Shown here piece by piece: positions 1 to 12,672 of a stretch of 64,000 nt of DNA. The stretch comes from Podarcis bocagei (taxonomy: Eukaryota), in assembly GCA_964188305.1 (NCBI GenBank), contig OZ076887.1. One strand, given 5' to 3'. The position numbers and the translations under genes were made by a program. The notes beneath the pieces were generated by a model that saw only the letters and a program-made list of their open reading frames with translations, ran no database searches and was not told the DNA's origin. Each line of letters begins with the position of its first letter. The stretch's first letter is position 1.

Positions 1-129
1 AGCTTGGACAAGGCCTAATGTGAGTTTCTATACAGAAAGAGAGAGAAAGAAAGAAGCTATATTGCACAAAGTAAACGTTTTAATCGTGCTGGAAGATACT
101 TTTTTTTGAAGATGCTTGAGCAAAATGGG

Positions 130-1180
130 AGCTGGAAAGACTCTCTGCCACATTTGTATCTCAGGGACATTTTATGGACCAACTATAGCAAAAGAGAACA
201 GCTTCTCCCAGCCTGTTATCCACATGAATGAGGTGGAAAGTTTTGTATATTATTAAAGTCATTCTGCCAGCCATACGTAAATGGAGGCACATGCAACGTC
301 AACAGCTCTTTTCAATTCCATTTAAGTGTTCTGGAATTACTTTATTTTTGTTTATAGTGGATTATTTGTGTTAATAGTGGATTCACTAAAAGTGAAACAA
401 CTGGCATGTATATTTTTTAAAAAAGAAGAAATAATATAAATACTAAATAAAGATACAGCCATGTTCCGGAGTTGTTTTGCAGAATGTACTGTATGTCAAA
501 TACTTATAGAAAGAAGAGGCTTCTGATAGCTTTGTAATAGGCCTGTAATATTTGCTGAAAAGAAAAGAAAAAAATCACTAGCATATTTGTACTGCCCACT
601 CCCTTTTCTGGAAATTGAAAAAATACTGATTTTAAGATAATAGTCCTTTTGAGCAACACATATTTGCTGGTTAGATTTGCTGGTACTGCTTTAAAAAAAA
701 AATAGGGAGAGATTATCATTTGTCATAAAGATTCCCTTTCCCCTTTGAGATGCAGGAGAATAATTTAACTCAAACAGAAGAAAAGTAAATCCATATATAC
801 CATTCAGTGTTAAATGCTGTTTTACACCTAGAAGATGATTCCAATTCCATTTGCCAAAAACCCTGATGCTGGCTGATCCCAACAACTCCAACATAGAATC
901 CGCTTTGGGCATGGGATAGGCATCAGGAGTGGTGATCTTATTAATGCTTCTGAAGTCTGTACAAAATCTAATAGGCCCACCTGCTTTGGAATGGAAACTA
1001 CTCGAGAGGACCACATGCTTAGAGATTCCTTGATCGCACCTAACTCTAACATCGCCTTTATTTACTTTCTTATCTTCCTTATCTTCTCCAGCACATGTTA
1101 AAGATTTCAGCATATTCACTCAGGACTTTCAAAATTCCCTTTTAACTTGTTCAGGAATTCACTGTTACAAGAGAATGCTG
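130..1180 (-). mobile_element. Decayed Gypsy/Ty3 LTR-retrotransposon pol (RT, probably RNase H) relic
   Basis: Frameshifted RT motifs MLELGAIKESLSMWSSRVVSIPK, GPIRFCTDFRSINKITTPDAYPMPKADSMLELLG and GIYGFTFLLFELNYSPA; NVAESLS (cf. NxxADALSR) near 135-160. Boundaries approximate; the core is 730-1060. Confidence 0.8.
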
Positions 1181-1749
1181 GACTAGATGGGCTTCCTGAT
1201 CCAGCTTCCGATGTACTTAAGTTGCCTTCTGTGAAGGTGATCCCAGTCACACCCAGTGCTAAGTATTATCCACCACACAGAAATATGCACGCCTGGTGAA
1301 ACAGCGCCACCAGGTGTTCTGGACACAACATTTCATGAGCGTTTGAACACAACAAAACACAAACAAGTTCTGAAGCATTATTTTTTCCAAGACTTTATAG
1401 AATAAAATGTGGGCTTCGTTTTTTTATGGCGACTGTTTGCCACATTAAAATATTTATTTTGCTAATCAAAGTGACATACCATCGCAAAATGAAGCCCACA
1501 TTTTATTCTATAAAGTGTCTTTAAAAAGAAAAATATCTTTGCTTGTCTGCTTCAGTTGGCAGATAAGATATACAGCATTTGCCAACCTAGTGCCTTCTAG
1601 ATGTTTTGGACTACAATTTCCCTCTCCCCCAGCCAGCATTTATTTTACAAATAAATACAAATATTTATTTTACAAAATTTGTATGTCACCTAATTGTAAA
1701 TAAACTGCCTAAGTGGTTTACCATTAATTTAACCAGTAATGCTAATATA

Positions 1750-2174
1750 TTTCTCCTCCTTCTTCTTTTTCTTCTGTGATCACTCATAGCCAAGTAAGAT
1801 TTGTCTTCCATTAACACAGTTTTAAAAGTTAGTCCGTAAGTGACTGTGGAGGCCAATTCTGGATCCACACGTCCTTCCACAGTAGAGACATAGGTTTCTG
1901 GGTGGGAGTTGATCATGGTAGGGGCTTGCCAAATGTACCTTCCTCTCAGCACATTTCTCCCTTTCGTCCTGAGTTCAAGCTTCTTCAAAGTCCATGACAC
2001 CTTTGTTAAAGGCTGTTCTCCAATTGGAGCCCTCGCAGGCCATTGTTTCCCAGTTGTCGGTGTTTATGCTACATTCTTTTAGACTTGCCTTGAGAGACCC
2101 TTTGAACCGCTTTTGTTGACCACCAGCATTAAGCTTACCATTTTTAAGTTCGGAAGAGAGTAGTTGCTTTGGAA
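1750..2174 (-). mobile_element. 5'-truncated RTE-clade LINE 3' end
   Basis: Minus strand reads LPKQLLSSELKNGKLNAGGQQKRFKGSLK...NWETMA...CLYCGRTCGSRIGLHSHLRT (RTE C-terminal zinc finger); (AAG)-type tail; GCTAATA repeated at 1741 and 2175 as a likely TSD. Confidence 0.8.
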
Positions 2175-2469
2175 GCTAATAGAATTATGCTGCCACCAAC
2201 ATACATAGTTGTTGTAAATGGTAGTTGTGCTTCTTTTGCATACACTTAAGCTCTAATTCAGGCATGGGGAAACTTCAGGCAGAAGTTGGCCCTTGAATAC
2301 ATTGTTCCCAAGCCATGGCCACCTGCCCCACACTTGGCACTATATGATGTCAGTTGTAGGATGGACAACACCAAGGCAGCGAAGGAGTAACCTGGAGGCC
2401 TCAAGTGTTCTCTCAACTGTGAGCTGCACTGGGATTGGCTCCACTCAGGAGCTCCAGAATCCTGCCGTA

Positions 2470-2513
2470 AGTGCCAAATGCGAGTCCACATAGTGCCAAA
2501 TGCGAGTCCACAT
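2470..2513. repeat. Perfect 22-bp tandem duplication
   Basis: AGTGCCAAATGCGAGTCCACAT x2. Confidence 0.95.
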
Positions 2514-2809
2514 ATTTCACCTCAGCTCTAGTCGTGAGCAATGCATCTGAGATTGTCTCCTGTCACCACCATTTTGTCTCCTTTGTAGGCTAGCTTCTAT
2601 TTAAGTCATTCTTGCAAATGCTTGCTTTGAAATAAAATTGTGTAAACAAAGGAACGTTTTTTTCCTTTGCTGAGCAGCTTGAATTTAATTAGTGTCTAAT
2701 TGAACTGCCACCAACTATGCTTTTTGCAGTTCATTGCTATGTAACGGACGGTGCCTTTTCATTTTTCATCTTCTATATACCCATTTGTATATATCAACCA
2801 ACTGAGGAT

Positions 2810-2910
2810 CATGCTGTGCATCTGGTGAAGTGGACTCTAGTTCACAAAAGCTTGTGCCATAATTAAATGTGTTTGTCTTTTAAGATTCGGCAAGATTCTT
2901 TGTTGTTCTA
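2810..2910 (+). mobile_element. Penelope-like terminal repeat fragment with a degenerate hammerhead motif
   Basis: GCAT-CTGGTGA-A-GTGGAC-TCTA-GTTCAC-AAAA-GCTT-GTGC followed by taaatgtgtt..gtctttaag, a tail shared with the copy at 38390-38470. Confidence 0.65.
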
Positions 2911-3068
2911 GTCAGCAGACTGAGACAAATGGATGGGTTGGGAAGTGTTACATTGTTATAACTGTTCTCTATAATCTGGGCAGAGGCAAAGGTCGGGCTA
3001 AGTTTCAGTATTATCAGTGATTTTTAGGTGTGAATTTAAAAGCCACAACCAATTGTAAAGGCTGCCAC

Positions 3069-3430
3069 TAGGGATGGAGGAGAAATGCAGTTCAGTAAAT
3101 TTATCAAATTTGCACTTTTCAAAAGAGAACAGAAACACAGTCATCCTTCTCTCTTACCCGAATTTCACAATGCAGTTCCTCAACCACTGTTTACAAAAAT
3201 GCATATGCTAGGGGAAAGTATGCCTAAAAATGAAGATGTTGGTGAAAATAACATACAGTAACTCATGATATCAGGGAAAATTGCATGCAAAAATGTGTGT
3301 GTTAATCAAAACTGCATATAAAAATATGTTTATTGGGAGAAAAATCTCTTGAAAATGTAATTTTCATGAGAACTGGACTTAAGGGGAAAATGAGAAAGAG
3401 GATGGAAACTGACGGATCCTTTCGTCTTTA
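3069..3430 (+). mobile_element. hAT-like non-autonomous DNA transposon (TAGGGATG termini)
   Basis: Flanked by the 8-bp near-duplication GCTGCCAC/GCTGCTAC; similar to copies at ~31139-31493 and ~57618-57925. Confidence 0.75.
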
Positions 3431-3823
3431 GCTGCTACACATATTTATTCCACCCAAATTGTGGAAAATACACAAAAGATGTACATTTATTTACATCTTT
3501 AATTAGCTACGTTTCTCTGCTCCTCTGAAAAGGGTGAGTCTTTGTAAATGGAGCACTTTTTTAAAAAGCCCAACAGTAGCAACCTGTACTTGACAAGAAA
3601 AAGCACAATTACCTATTTCCCCATTGGTGGGCCAAATTATATAGGGCACTAAATACTTTGAATGCTTCCAGACTGAGGGCCTTTGGTGCTTCCTAATCAG
3701 TCCATGTGCTGCATATGCAAGTACATTGGAAAATCTGCACTATTGGGCTCCCTCCACATGTCCTCCAGCACGTTCCGGCCACACAAAGAGCATGATTCTC
3801 TTCCCATTTTCTCACAGGCCCTC

Positions 3824-3929
3824 GTTGTTGTTGTTGTTTAGCCATTTAGTCGTGTCCAACTCTCCGTGACCCTATGGACTAGAGCACGCCAGGCACTCCT
3901 GTCTTCTACTGCCTTCCACAGTTTGGTCT
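3824..3929 (-). mobile_element. BovB (RTE) LINE 3' end
   Basis: (GTT)n tail followed by tagtcgtgtccaactctccgtgaccctatggactagagcacgccaggc, the typical BovB terminus in reverse. Confidence 0.82.
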
Positions 3930-6619
3930 TTAATGGTTGCTTACATCTATCTGGAGTTGTTCTCTTCCCTCAGTATGAGACAGAAGTTTATGCAGAGTGA
4001 ACAGCTTCCTTTTCCCCACTTCAAAAGTTCTCCCGGCCTGAGGCTGTTCTGTGGCTCTACCACAGGAGGGCAATATGCTCAACTATTCAACATTTTCTAT
4101 GACGAGCAGCACCAACAAGAATAAATACGCATATGCAGGCGGTTTTGGCATTAAGAATGGTGCAGTTGAGGGAAGTATGTAAACTGGAACATGGACCTCC
4201 TTACTCTTTCCTGGGACTTCTCAGGCAATCATTCCAAAATATTCTTTCTCAGTGGGACTTTGAATGTTGCTGTGTGGAGTGCTCCTTTTCAGAGTGCCAG
4301 CATGTCTTTTATCATTCCATCCTCCGCCCCCCATTTTCTACCCTCCCCTCCAAAAGTCAGTCAACATTCTGTCACCAGTGAACATGCTCAGTTCTTACAG
4401 ACTCAGAGCTCCTGGCTTTATTTATTCCAAAACGTTTCATTAATATGCCATACTGCCTCCAAGGAACTTAGAGCAGCAATTCAGCAATGCTGGAAAATCA
4501 GCCTGAGTGCTTCATGAGTCTGTGTTTCCCACTTTCAAGTCCTATACTCCAGCCAAGGAGTGGGGAACCTGTGCCCTTCCAAATATTGGTCCCCAACTCT
4601 CATTAACCATGAAGCAGCATGGCCAATGGTCCACAATAACAGGAGTTGTAGTGCAGCAATATCTGCAGGGCCACAAGTTAGTCCGGTCCCTGATGTAGGC
4701 ACTGGGGTTCAGTGGCTCTGAATAGAGGCTGTTATTCTTTTTAACCCATTATTTTCTGTTTGAGGTTACAGGGAAAGGAAAATAGGTGGTACTTACCTCC
4801 CTCCCTTTCACTACTGGGAGTCTCTGCTGGACAAAAACCCCTTCCATTAATAGAAGAAACCGTGGATCTAAGCAATTTTCTCCCCTTGTTTAATCTTCTC
4901 TCTATTGTCTCGCAGCTTGTAAGCTCTTCAGGGACAGGAGCAGTCGCCTTATTACTCTGTAAAGTTCTGTGCATGTAAAACATGCAATATCCATCGGCCA
5001 CACAAAATGAATTTTACTTCACTATTTCTGGTGTATTGAAAACTGCTCACAAATAAAAGAGATGAAATACATTGGAATATAACCTGACATTAGAAGCAAC
5101 AATATTAAAACATGTTAAAAGTGGAGCACATGTTTGTTTTTATTATTAATCCAATTCAGAGATCTTTGCACATTTCTCTGTCAGCACATGCATGCTATTG
5201 TGAGTGAGGATCTCCTGTCAGATAAATGGCTGTTGTGGTCAGCTTTGCCAACAGCTATCACCGGTTGAAGCATTAGAAAGAATGGATTGGCATGAGGCCT
5301 CAGCCCCAATAAATAATTACCAGTTTCATGATGTGAACACAATCTCAGTTTGGGAACAACATGTCAACCTTTTTTTGCTCGATATGGACAAAACAATCCA
5401 ATGCTTATACCCCTCACTGTGCTGGATTAGATAGCAATGTCCCTCCAGCCTCCCCTAGCTGCCAAACAAAGCTATCAGAAGGTCCCAAAATGGCAGGGTG
5501 GGGCTGAGCTGGTTTCATTGCCATCATATCCTAGTGTTGGGCCCAATCTGGGCCAAGCCATCCTGCACCTTTTGTTCCACCATGTACATCTGGGCTGTGG
5601 ATGCAGTGCTAGCCCCACGAGTGGGAAATTCTCTTAGAATGTCAATGGTATCCACCTGATAGGCTACAGAACTGAGTTCTGGCAAGTTCCAGCTGGGAAA
5701 AAGCCTTGGGGACATTTGAGAAGAGGCATGCAGGGCAGAAGGAAGATTCACAGTGGAAGCCTCCTTCTCTGTGTTGATGGGCCTTCCTTCACCAGAAGCT
5801 TATGTGTCACTATTTATGCCTCAGTTAAGAACGGTGCCCTTCCCCATAGTATAAATAGATTTACCATAGTTGGTATGAGCAGTTGCTGCAATATTGGTCC
5901 AAGAAAATAAAATAAAAAGAAACTGATACAACTTGGAGAAATAGATCTAATAATAGACATAAATTTATGGGGTAAGAACCTTTGGCTGCAGATGTCAACA
6001 TGCCTGCATTGGCATTACATATGCTAAAATTATAGATGTCAGCTTTATGATCGATGAAGCAGAGGACATCTACACAATCTATCTTTATTCACTTCTGGCC
6101 TACTTCTCGAATGGTGTGAAGTTTCACGGTGAATGCATATTTCTCATGGGAATTTCTCTTTCTTTCCCCACCCTCTGATGTATACTGAATGTGTGGCAGT
6201 GGTATTCTGAAATCTTGACCTGGATAACTTGGATCTGTCACAGACCTCACTGCATGTTCACTGTGCACATGGGAGGGGGAGATATTAGCATATCCTGGAT
6301 TGTTCTACCCGTTAGCATGTTACTTGCCTCAGGTGGTGGATTTTATGGGCTGGCAGATCAGTGCCTCCCCAGCTCATCTGCTCCTGCCTCAGGACTACAG
6401 TCCTTGCCCACATCTGAGCCAACCACCTCCCAATGCTGTTTTTGCTGGCCTGACAATTATAGTTGCTAAGGTGGTAGTCAAGGGCCTTGTCAGCCACCAC
6501 TCCCAGCTTAGTGGACTATAGGAGTGCTGCCACCGCTTGTCCATTGCTTATGCTCTGAAAGGTCTGCCTAGGCAACTCACCTGCGCCTCAGTCTGAGGGA
6601 GGGCAATGTGGGTGAAATA

Positions 6620-6974
6620 CAGTGGTGCCTCGCAAGACGAAATTAATTCGTTCCGCGAGTTTTGTCGTCTTGCGATTTTTTTCGTCTTGCGAAGCACGGT
6701 GTCGGGAAAGTTTTGGAAAAGCTTCAAAAATCACCAAAGTCTTTAAAAACCTCAAAAAAGGCTACCACACCGCGTTCTATGAGTTGCTCCTCGAAGTCAA
6801 GTCGCAACTGTATTAACGGTGTTAAGAAAAAGGAAACAAACTTGCAAGACGTTTCCGTCTTGCGAAGCAAGCCCATAGGGAAAATCGTCTTGCGAAGCAC
6901 CTCAAAAAACAAAAAACCCTTTCGTCTAGTGAGTTTTTTGTCTTGCGAGGCATTCGTCCTGCGAGGTACCACTG
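6620..6974. mobile_element. Tc1/mariner (pogo/Tigger-like) MITE, family A
   Basis: TIRs CAGTGGTGCCTCGCAAGACGAA / TTCGTCCTGCGAGGTACCACTG; TA on both sides; internal repeats of GTCTTGCGA; CpGs retained, suggesting a young copy. Confidence 0.92.
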
Positions 6975-7566
6975 TAGAGGCAATGTGGGCGAGATGGCCC
7001 TGGAGAGCTTCACAGTATATTACAGTGAATTTTTTTTTTAAAAATTGTCAATGCCAAAGTGGTGGTGACCTGAGCACTTTCCAAGGTCACCTTACCCACA
7101 GTGCCTCAGTCTGAGCAAAGACTCTATGATACTCAGAGCAGCACAGGGGCAAGATAGCCCCAGATGAGGCGGGTTGTGGAGGAATCAGAAGTGAGCAGGC
7201 AAGAGGAAAATTGGTAGCTCGGTGGCCTCAGGTGGCAAAACATTTTGTTTCTCCCCAAGCATATCCCTCACATGTGGGGAGAAGCCTGCTGCTGGAAGAG
7301 ATCAGGAAATCAGAAATGTGTAACTCCCCATCAGGCTAGGGATATCCACCAACAAATGCTCCAATAGTATCCCTGTTTTTGACAAATTTAAATGTATTAT
7401 TTAATATTTATATTTATGTTCTACTTTTGCATGAGTATCACCTCAATTTGCAAAACCTTTGAACGTATCTAAATACAGTGCAGTCCTAATCATGTTATTC
7501 AAAAGCAAGACTCACTATATATTCAGTACTGACTTCCTTGCAAGTGTGCTTTGGAACAAACCATTA

Positions 7567-7808
7567 CAGTGGTACCTCGGGTTACAGATGCTTCAGGTTA
7601 CAGACGCTTCAGGTTACAGACTCCGCTAACCCAGAAATAGTACCTCAGGTTAAGAACTTTGCATCAGGATGAGAACAGAAATTGTGCAGCAGCGGCGCGG
7701 CGGCAGCGGGAGGCCCCAGTAGCTAAAGTGGTGCTTCAGGGTAAGAACAGTTTCAGGTTAAGAACGGACCTCCAGAATGAATTACGTTCTTAACCCGAGG
7801 TACCGCTG
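7567..7808. mobile_element. Tc1/mariner MITE, family B
   Basis: TIRs CAGTGGTACCTCGGGTTA / TAACCCGAGGTACCGCTG; TA TSD; internal CTTCAGGTTA repeats. Confidence 0.92.
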
Positions 7809-8694
7809 TACAGTGCAAGTTGAACCACATCTATTCAGAAGTCAGTCCTATTGAATTCAGTGGGACTTACTTCCAGGCAACTGACGTTAGGGTTGCAGCC
7901 TTATTGTGGTTACAGAACAGGTTATCTTAAGACATCTTTGGCATTTCCTGTTTCAAGTCAGTCTGAAAATGTGGCATTTTGGTAACTTCCATTTATGGAC
8001 ATGTAGGGGGAATCCAGAAGGGTTTTTGTTTTTTGTTTTTAAAGGGGGGGTGGGGTGGGTGGGAGATGGAAAAATGAAGTTAAGAAAATATTAACTGAGC
8101 TCTTTCTGTTCTCAGGTTCCTCTTGTTTTTTGGGTACAGTCTTACATTGCTTTTTCTTCCCAGTTGGCTGGATGGACTTCTTGGTAACTGTTTCCATATG
8201 TTAAGAACATAAAACATAGGATAATCTATTGAGTTAATGCCACACCCAGCCCATTTTCTAATTAGGGCAACAATCATGCCCTAAATGTATAAGATTCAAA
8301 AGGCAGCATTTTGTTGTGGGTTCAGGGCTAGGGTGATGTTGTTCACCTTGTTGGTTTCATGCCTTTCATTATATTGATAGCAAAAGTGCTTTTTTTATAG
8401 CACTGTGTGTTTGGGAAAGGACTTACAGTATTAAGAAAGAATGCAAATTACCTAACTGGGGTTTGCTCTTTCTAGAAAAAGCACTAAAAAGGAAGAAGCA
8501 AATTTTTTGAAGTGGCTCCAGCTTCTTCCTGAGTCAGACAAATGGATTCTATTCAAGAGACTTATTTATTTCTAAGTGGCTATGGATTGTGGTTCATTCA
8601 TTAATTCATGCCTTTGGACTATTATAACATCACTAGCATTGACAGCAGCAAATATGGAATAATATGGAAGCATAAGAGCTGGACAACACTAATT

Positions 8695-8905
8695 ATTTGA
8701 TACATTTATGCCCTACCTCCAAGGTGACGTACCTCACTATTGCACCCCCCCCCCATTTTATCCTTATTTCAACCTTGTGAGGTAGCTTAGGCTTAGAGAT
8801 AGTGACTGGTCCCATTTCACACAGGAAGTTTATGATTGACTGGGGATTTTTGAACCTACGTCTCCCCACTTTGTCTCCAACACACTAACCACAACACCAC
8901 ACAGC
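8695..8905 (-). mobile_element. Old Squam3/MIR-like SINE
   Basis: accttgtgaggtag...gtgactggtccc...taaccacaacaccacac, similar to the 12132-12383 element. Confidence 0.6.
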
Positions 8906-9183
8906 AACTGGCGTTGTGGGTCTGAGCCATGAAATCACCCTCCTGACAAAGCATCACTGCAGCTTACCTGCATGGGGCAGGCTGGTGTTGAGGTCAGAGT
9001 TGTTGGAGAAAAACAAATACATTTAATTCTCTTGAGCATCTAGTTAATGTTTCTTTAAAGCACACAAAGGCACTGTTTGTCTAGCAATGTAGCCAGCCCT
9101 TGTTTGTAGTCTCTCTGTTTAAGTTAACTCCGCCCCTAAAAGCTGAACCATTTTGTTTTCTCTCTCCTGATATGCTGATACAA

Positions 9184-9324
9184 GGGCTGAATCTACACTG
9201 ATCTGTAAAAATGCTATTAAAGGCTATTTTTAAAAACGTTATATAGCGTTCAATGCAGCGCCCTCTGGTGTCACATTTTTATAATGCATTGTTAACATTA
9301 TAACCGACCAGTATAGATTCTCCC
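9184..9324. mobile_element. Small MITE-like element carrying a CTCF-like motif
   Basis: Inverted ends GAATCTACACTG (9189-9200) / CAGTATAGATTC (9309-9320); internal CAGCGCCCTCTGGTGT. Confidence 0.6.
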
Positions 9325-10299
9325 AAGATGTCTGCTATTTCTCTCTTTCATCTCTACTCATCCTGTAAATAGTTTCTTTCAAGATAATCTGCTCCTTCAT
9401 GAATAAAGCCTTTGAACTCCAGAAGGTGTAAAGTGATCATTTCTATATAATTCATCCAGGCTGCAAGCTCTTCTAACAAGGGTTGCGTGGATACATGGGC
9501 AAAACCAATCCAGTGCTTCTTGCACAGCCACAACTTTGCTATTGCTCTGCCCTAGCCGAGTCTGATTTGTGTAAGCTTCAGTGCTGATGCTGATGGCTGG
9601 GCTCCACACCACCATCCCAGCTGCTACTGGTACTACCCAGGCTCTCAAGTACTTGAGTCCTTACAAAAATGCTTCTCTCTATTGATCACATCTGCATTGC
9701 AATGGATACTGAAGTAAAAACTTGGGGAAATCAACATGATTGCTCCTGGCACAGTCAGGCGTGACACATTTATAGACAAAGATTATTCTAGCTGGGTTTC
9801 GAGGAATAGCCAACACCTCCCCTTGTGTAACTCACACATCCAGCCAGGAAAGTAACATCACTTCATGAATCACAGCAGATTAACTGCCAAACAATCACAG
9901 TAGATTAATGTCTGAGTTTGGATGAGAAATTGTCGACGCCAGCAGGTGGTGTGGAGTTAAATAGAAAGGCTTCATTCCTTCTCTCTCTCCTGCAACTTCT
10001 GCCCCTGCAAAGAAAGCAGTGAGGCCCATCACTGCCCAGTCAGAGACAGTAGTGAAAACAAACAAGCTAACAAACAAAAAACATATATGAACCCCAATAA
10101 TGTCTCTGTCTTGGCCAACCCTTTGCTCCCCAGTTGAATGATTCTACAGTCAGCATCCCTAGGTAGAGACAGAGAGCCAAAGTGATGCACTGGATATAGT
10201 AGTATGGACATGAAGAGGAGATGAATTGAATTCACATTCCCTGCCTCAGATATGGTATCACTAGGTGACTTTTCCACCTGTCATGTTCTCTCAAAGAAG

Positions 10300-10358
10300 T
10301 CTTCTTCTTCCTTCTTCTTCTTCTTCTTCTTCTTCTTCTTCTTCTTCTTCTTCTTTTC
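10300..10358. repeat. (CTT)n microsatellite
   Basis: Direct reading. Confidence 0.97.
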
Positions 10359-12131
10359 TATCTTGCTAAGAAATATCACTATATTTTCTTTATGGGATTG
10401 TCCTCAAACAGGTGGGTCCACAGCACCTGCTGTGAATTTGGGACGAAGCTGACACCACATTTCTTACAAAGTCCAAATCAATTTCTATGTGGAAGGCTGT
10501 AGCATACCCTATTTACATGAAATAACCTCCTGGATGTAGCCCTGAATGCTTGGATGAAAATCTGGAGGTGGAACTCATGGGTTTGGGGTTTGGTTTTGTT
10601 TTTAGTTTCTGGTAGGACAAATATTTCCTCGATAATAGAACTGTGATGGGTCTACCAAATGAGCTACGGTATGTTAATTGCTATGAATCCGTGTGGTTAA
10701 AAGTTTATTTCAGTAAGTTATTCATAAAACTATGTCTCATAATCTCTAGATTGTCTCAATATAGGGCCAAGCCCTCCTGTTTTATGAGCACATGGCAGAC
10801 ATGAGTCAAAGTGGCAATAGAGGAGACAGATGTGAGAGGGAGTTTGTTCTGGAGATGTACACAAACAAATATGCATCACATCTAATTCTTTGCCATCTGA
10901 AAAGAAAGTGGGAACATGTCACAGGCAGCAACAAATTGTGCTGGAAGGATCCTTGGGGAAATTGGGACATGTGGAAGTTCTTTTCTGTGAGCAAGCATTG
11001 GGCTGATTCCGACTTGATTTTTGCCTGTACAGGAAGAACACGGTCAAGGATCCATGCTTTTGAATTTTCAGGGCAGCAACACACAGACTGGAGAAGTAGA
11101 GAATTATTTTTTCCTCTCTTTCCTACAGAAACAGTAAAGACATCACTAGGGTCAAGCCATGTCGCTCCATAAACAAAGGAAATGAAGATAGACAAGGTGG
11201 TAACAACAAGCTTCACAATGAACTGTTGTATGAGTCTTTTCATGAGATCTAATTTAATCCTTAGATTGTATCTAATCTCTGCAAGCCACAGAGATCTCAA
11301 AACACCTGCGCTGCAGACTGGAATAATTATAGGGCAATGTGTGTCCTGCAGGTGATGACAGTGTTGCTATTATTTTTAGATGGGACTGTTAAGAGACTTT
11401 CTTTAAAAGTAGGGGCATTTCCTATGCAGATATTTACTCCAACCACAACAATGTAAAAACCAGCCTTCCACAATCAGTTGAAGGACTGAATTATTAGCAA
11501 TTTACAGACTGTGTTCATTGACTTATGGGATCATTCTCTTCTTAATCCCCATCCTCTCTGCAGTGGGAAGGTGCTATCTCTGGACTACTAAAGCACTTCT
11601 TCAATAATTTTAGTGGGATACTGTTCTTCCCTATATTTGCTCCTTGGGGCACGTCCGCTATAGCAATGAGTTTCCACTATTCCAATGAGCATGCAGAGCT
11701 GGCCAAAAACATTCCACTCCCTAAGGGAGTTGTACATAATACAGTTGGATTGGCAGTGAGGCAGAGTGCAACCCCTTCATTTATTTTCATGCAAGAAAGA
11801 AGGTCTTCCAATTGATCAAAATGAATGGGAGGTAGGAGGGCTGGTTGGAAGAAACTGACGACTCCAGAGAACTGACTTTGATGAGATTTATGTGACTTTG
11901 CTGGCTCAAACCTTAGGAAACTTGCTGCAGCGAAACCTAGAGTGTAATCTGGATTAGCTAGTGTCAATGAGAAGCAGATTGCAAACTTGAGGCTGCAATC
12001 CTGTGCATGCATGCTTGGGGCTAAGTCCCATTGAACCACTGCAGGATTCTGCCTCTAAGTAAACTTGCGTAGGGTTATATATCGGCTTAAATCTAAGTTT
12101 TGCCACTGAATGAAATTCAAGTCTTGCATGT

Positions 12132-12383
12132 AGAAGAAGAAGAAGAGTTTGGATTTGATATCCCGCCTTTCACTCCCTTTAAGGAGTCTCAAAGCGGCTA
12201 ACATTCTCCTTTCCCTTCCTCCCCCACAACAAACACTCTGTGAGGTGAGTGGGGCTGAGAGACTTCAAGGAAGTGTGACTGGCCCAAGGTCACCCAGCAG
12301 CTGCATGTGGAGGAGCGGAGACGCGAACCCGGTTCCCCAGATTAGGAGTCTACCGCTCTTAACCACTACACCACACTGGCTCT
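12132..12383 (-). mobile_element. Squam3-type tRNA-derived SINE, near full length
   Basis: Minus strand begins agagccagtgtggtgtagtggttaagagcggtagac (A box), has GGTTCGCGTCTCC (B box) and ends in a (TTC)n tail. Confidence 0.85.
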
Positions 12384-12593
12384 ACATTTTTTTATGCTCC
12401 TTCACAGACTGAATTATTAAGACAAAAATAACATAGAAAGCAATTTGGTATCATGTGACTAGTGACTTAGCACCACAAGGAAGTTTCAGGATAGTGGGTG
12501 TGTTTTTCTTTCTAAAAGCAGGGCTGACAAAATGTCCATATGTTAGTTTTTGAGGACTGAAAACCTGCTTACATGTTACATGTTCAGCAATGT

Positions 12594-12672
12594 TGGCCAG
12601 CTGACATCTGGATGCTTTAGCTGAGATTCCTGCATTGCTGGGAGTCCCTTCCAACTCTACAATTCTATGATC
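12594..12672 (+). mobile_element. CR1 LINE 3' end fragment (internally deleted)
   Basis: gattcctgcattgc...cccttccaactctacaattctatg tail. Confidence 0.7.

Noticed and set aside
6602-6994. 16-bp imperfect direct repeat flanking MITE A, resembling an unusually long TSD
   Set aside because: The TA TSD is intact, and the repeats are offset and 14/16 identical; better explained by insertion into a pre-existing 20-bp tandem repeat.
6622-7114. Overlapping ORFs up to 150 aa in MITE A
   Set aside because: No transposase motifs; a by-product of a repetitive non-autonomous element.
7575-7765. Short spaced repeats (CTTCAGGTTA) superficially like a CRISPR array
   Set aside because: Internal repeats of a eukaryotic MITE with irregular spacing and no cas genes.
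10792-11300. 126-aa and 164-aa overlapping ORFs downstream of CCN2
   Set aside because: No domain similarity or splice-consistent exon structure that I can recognise; I saw no exon of a neighbouring gene anywhere in the window.
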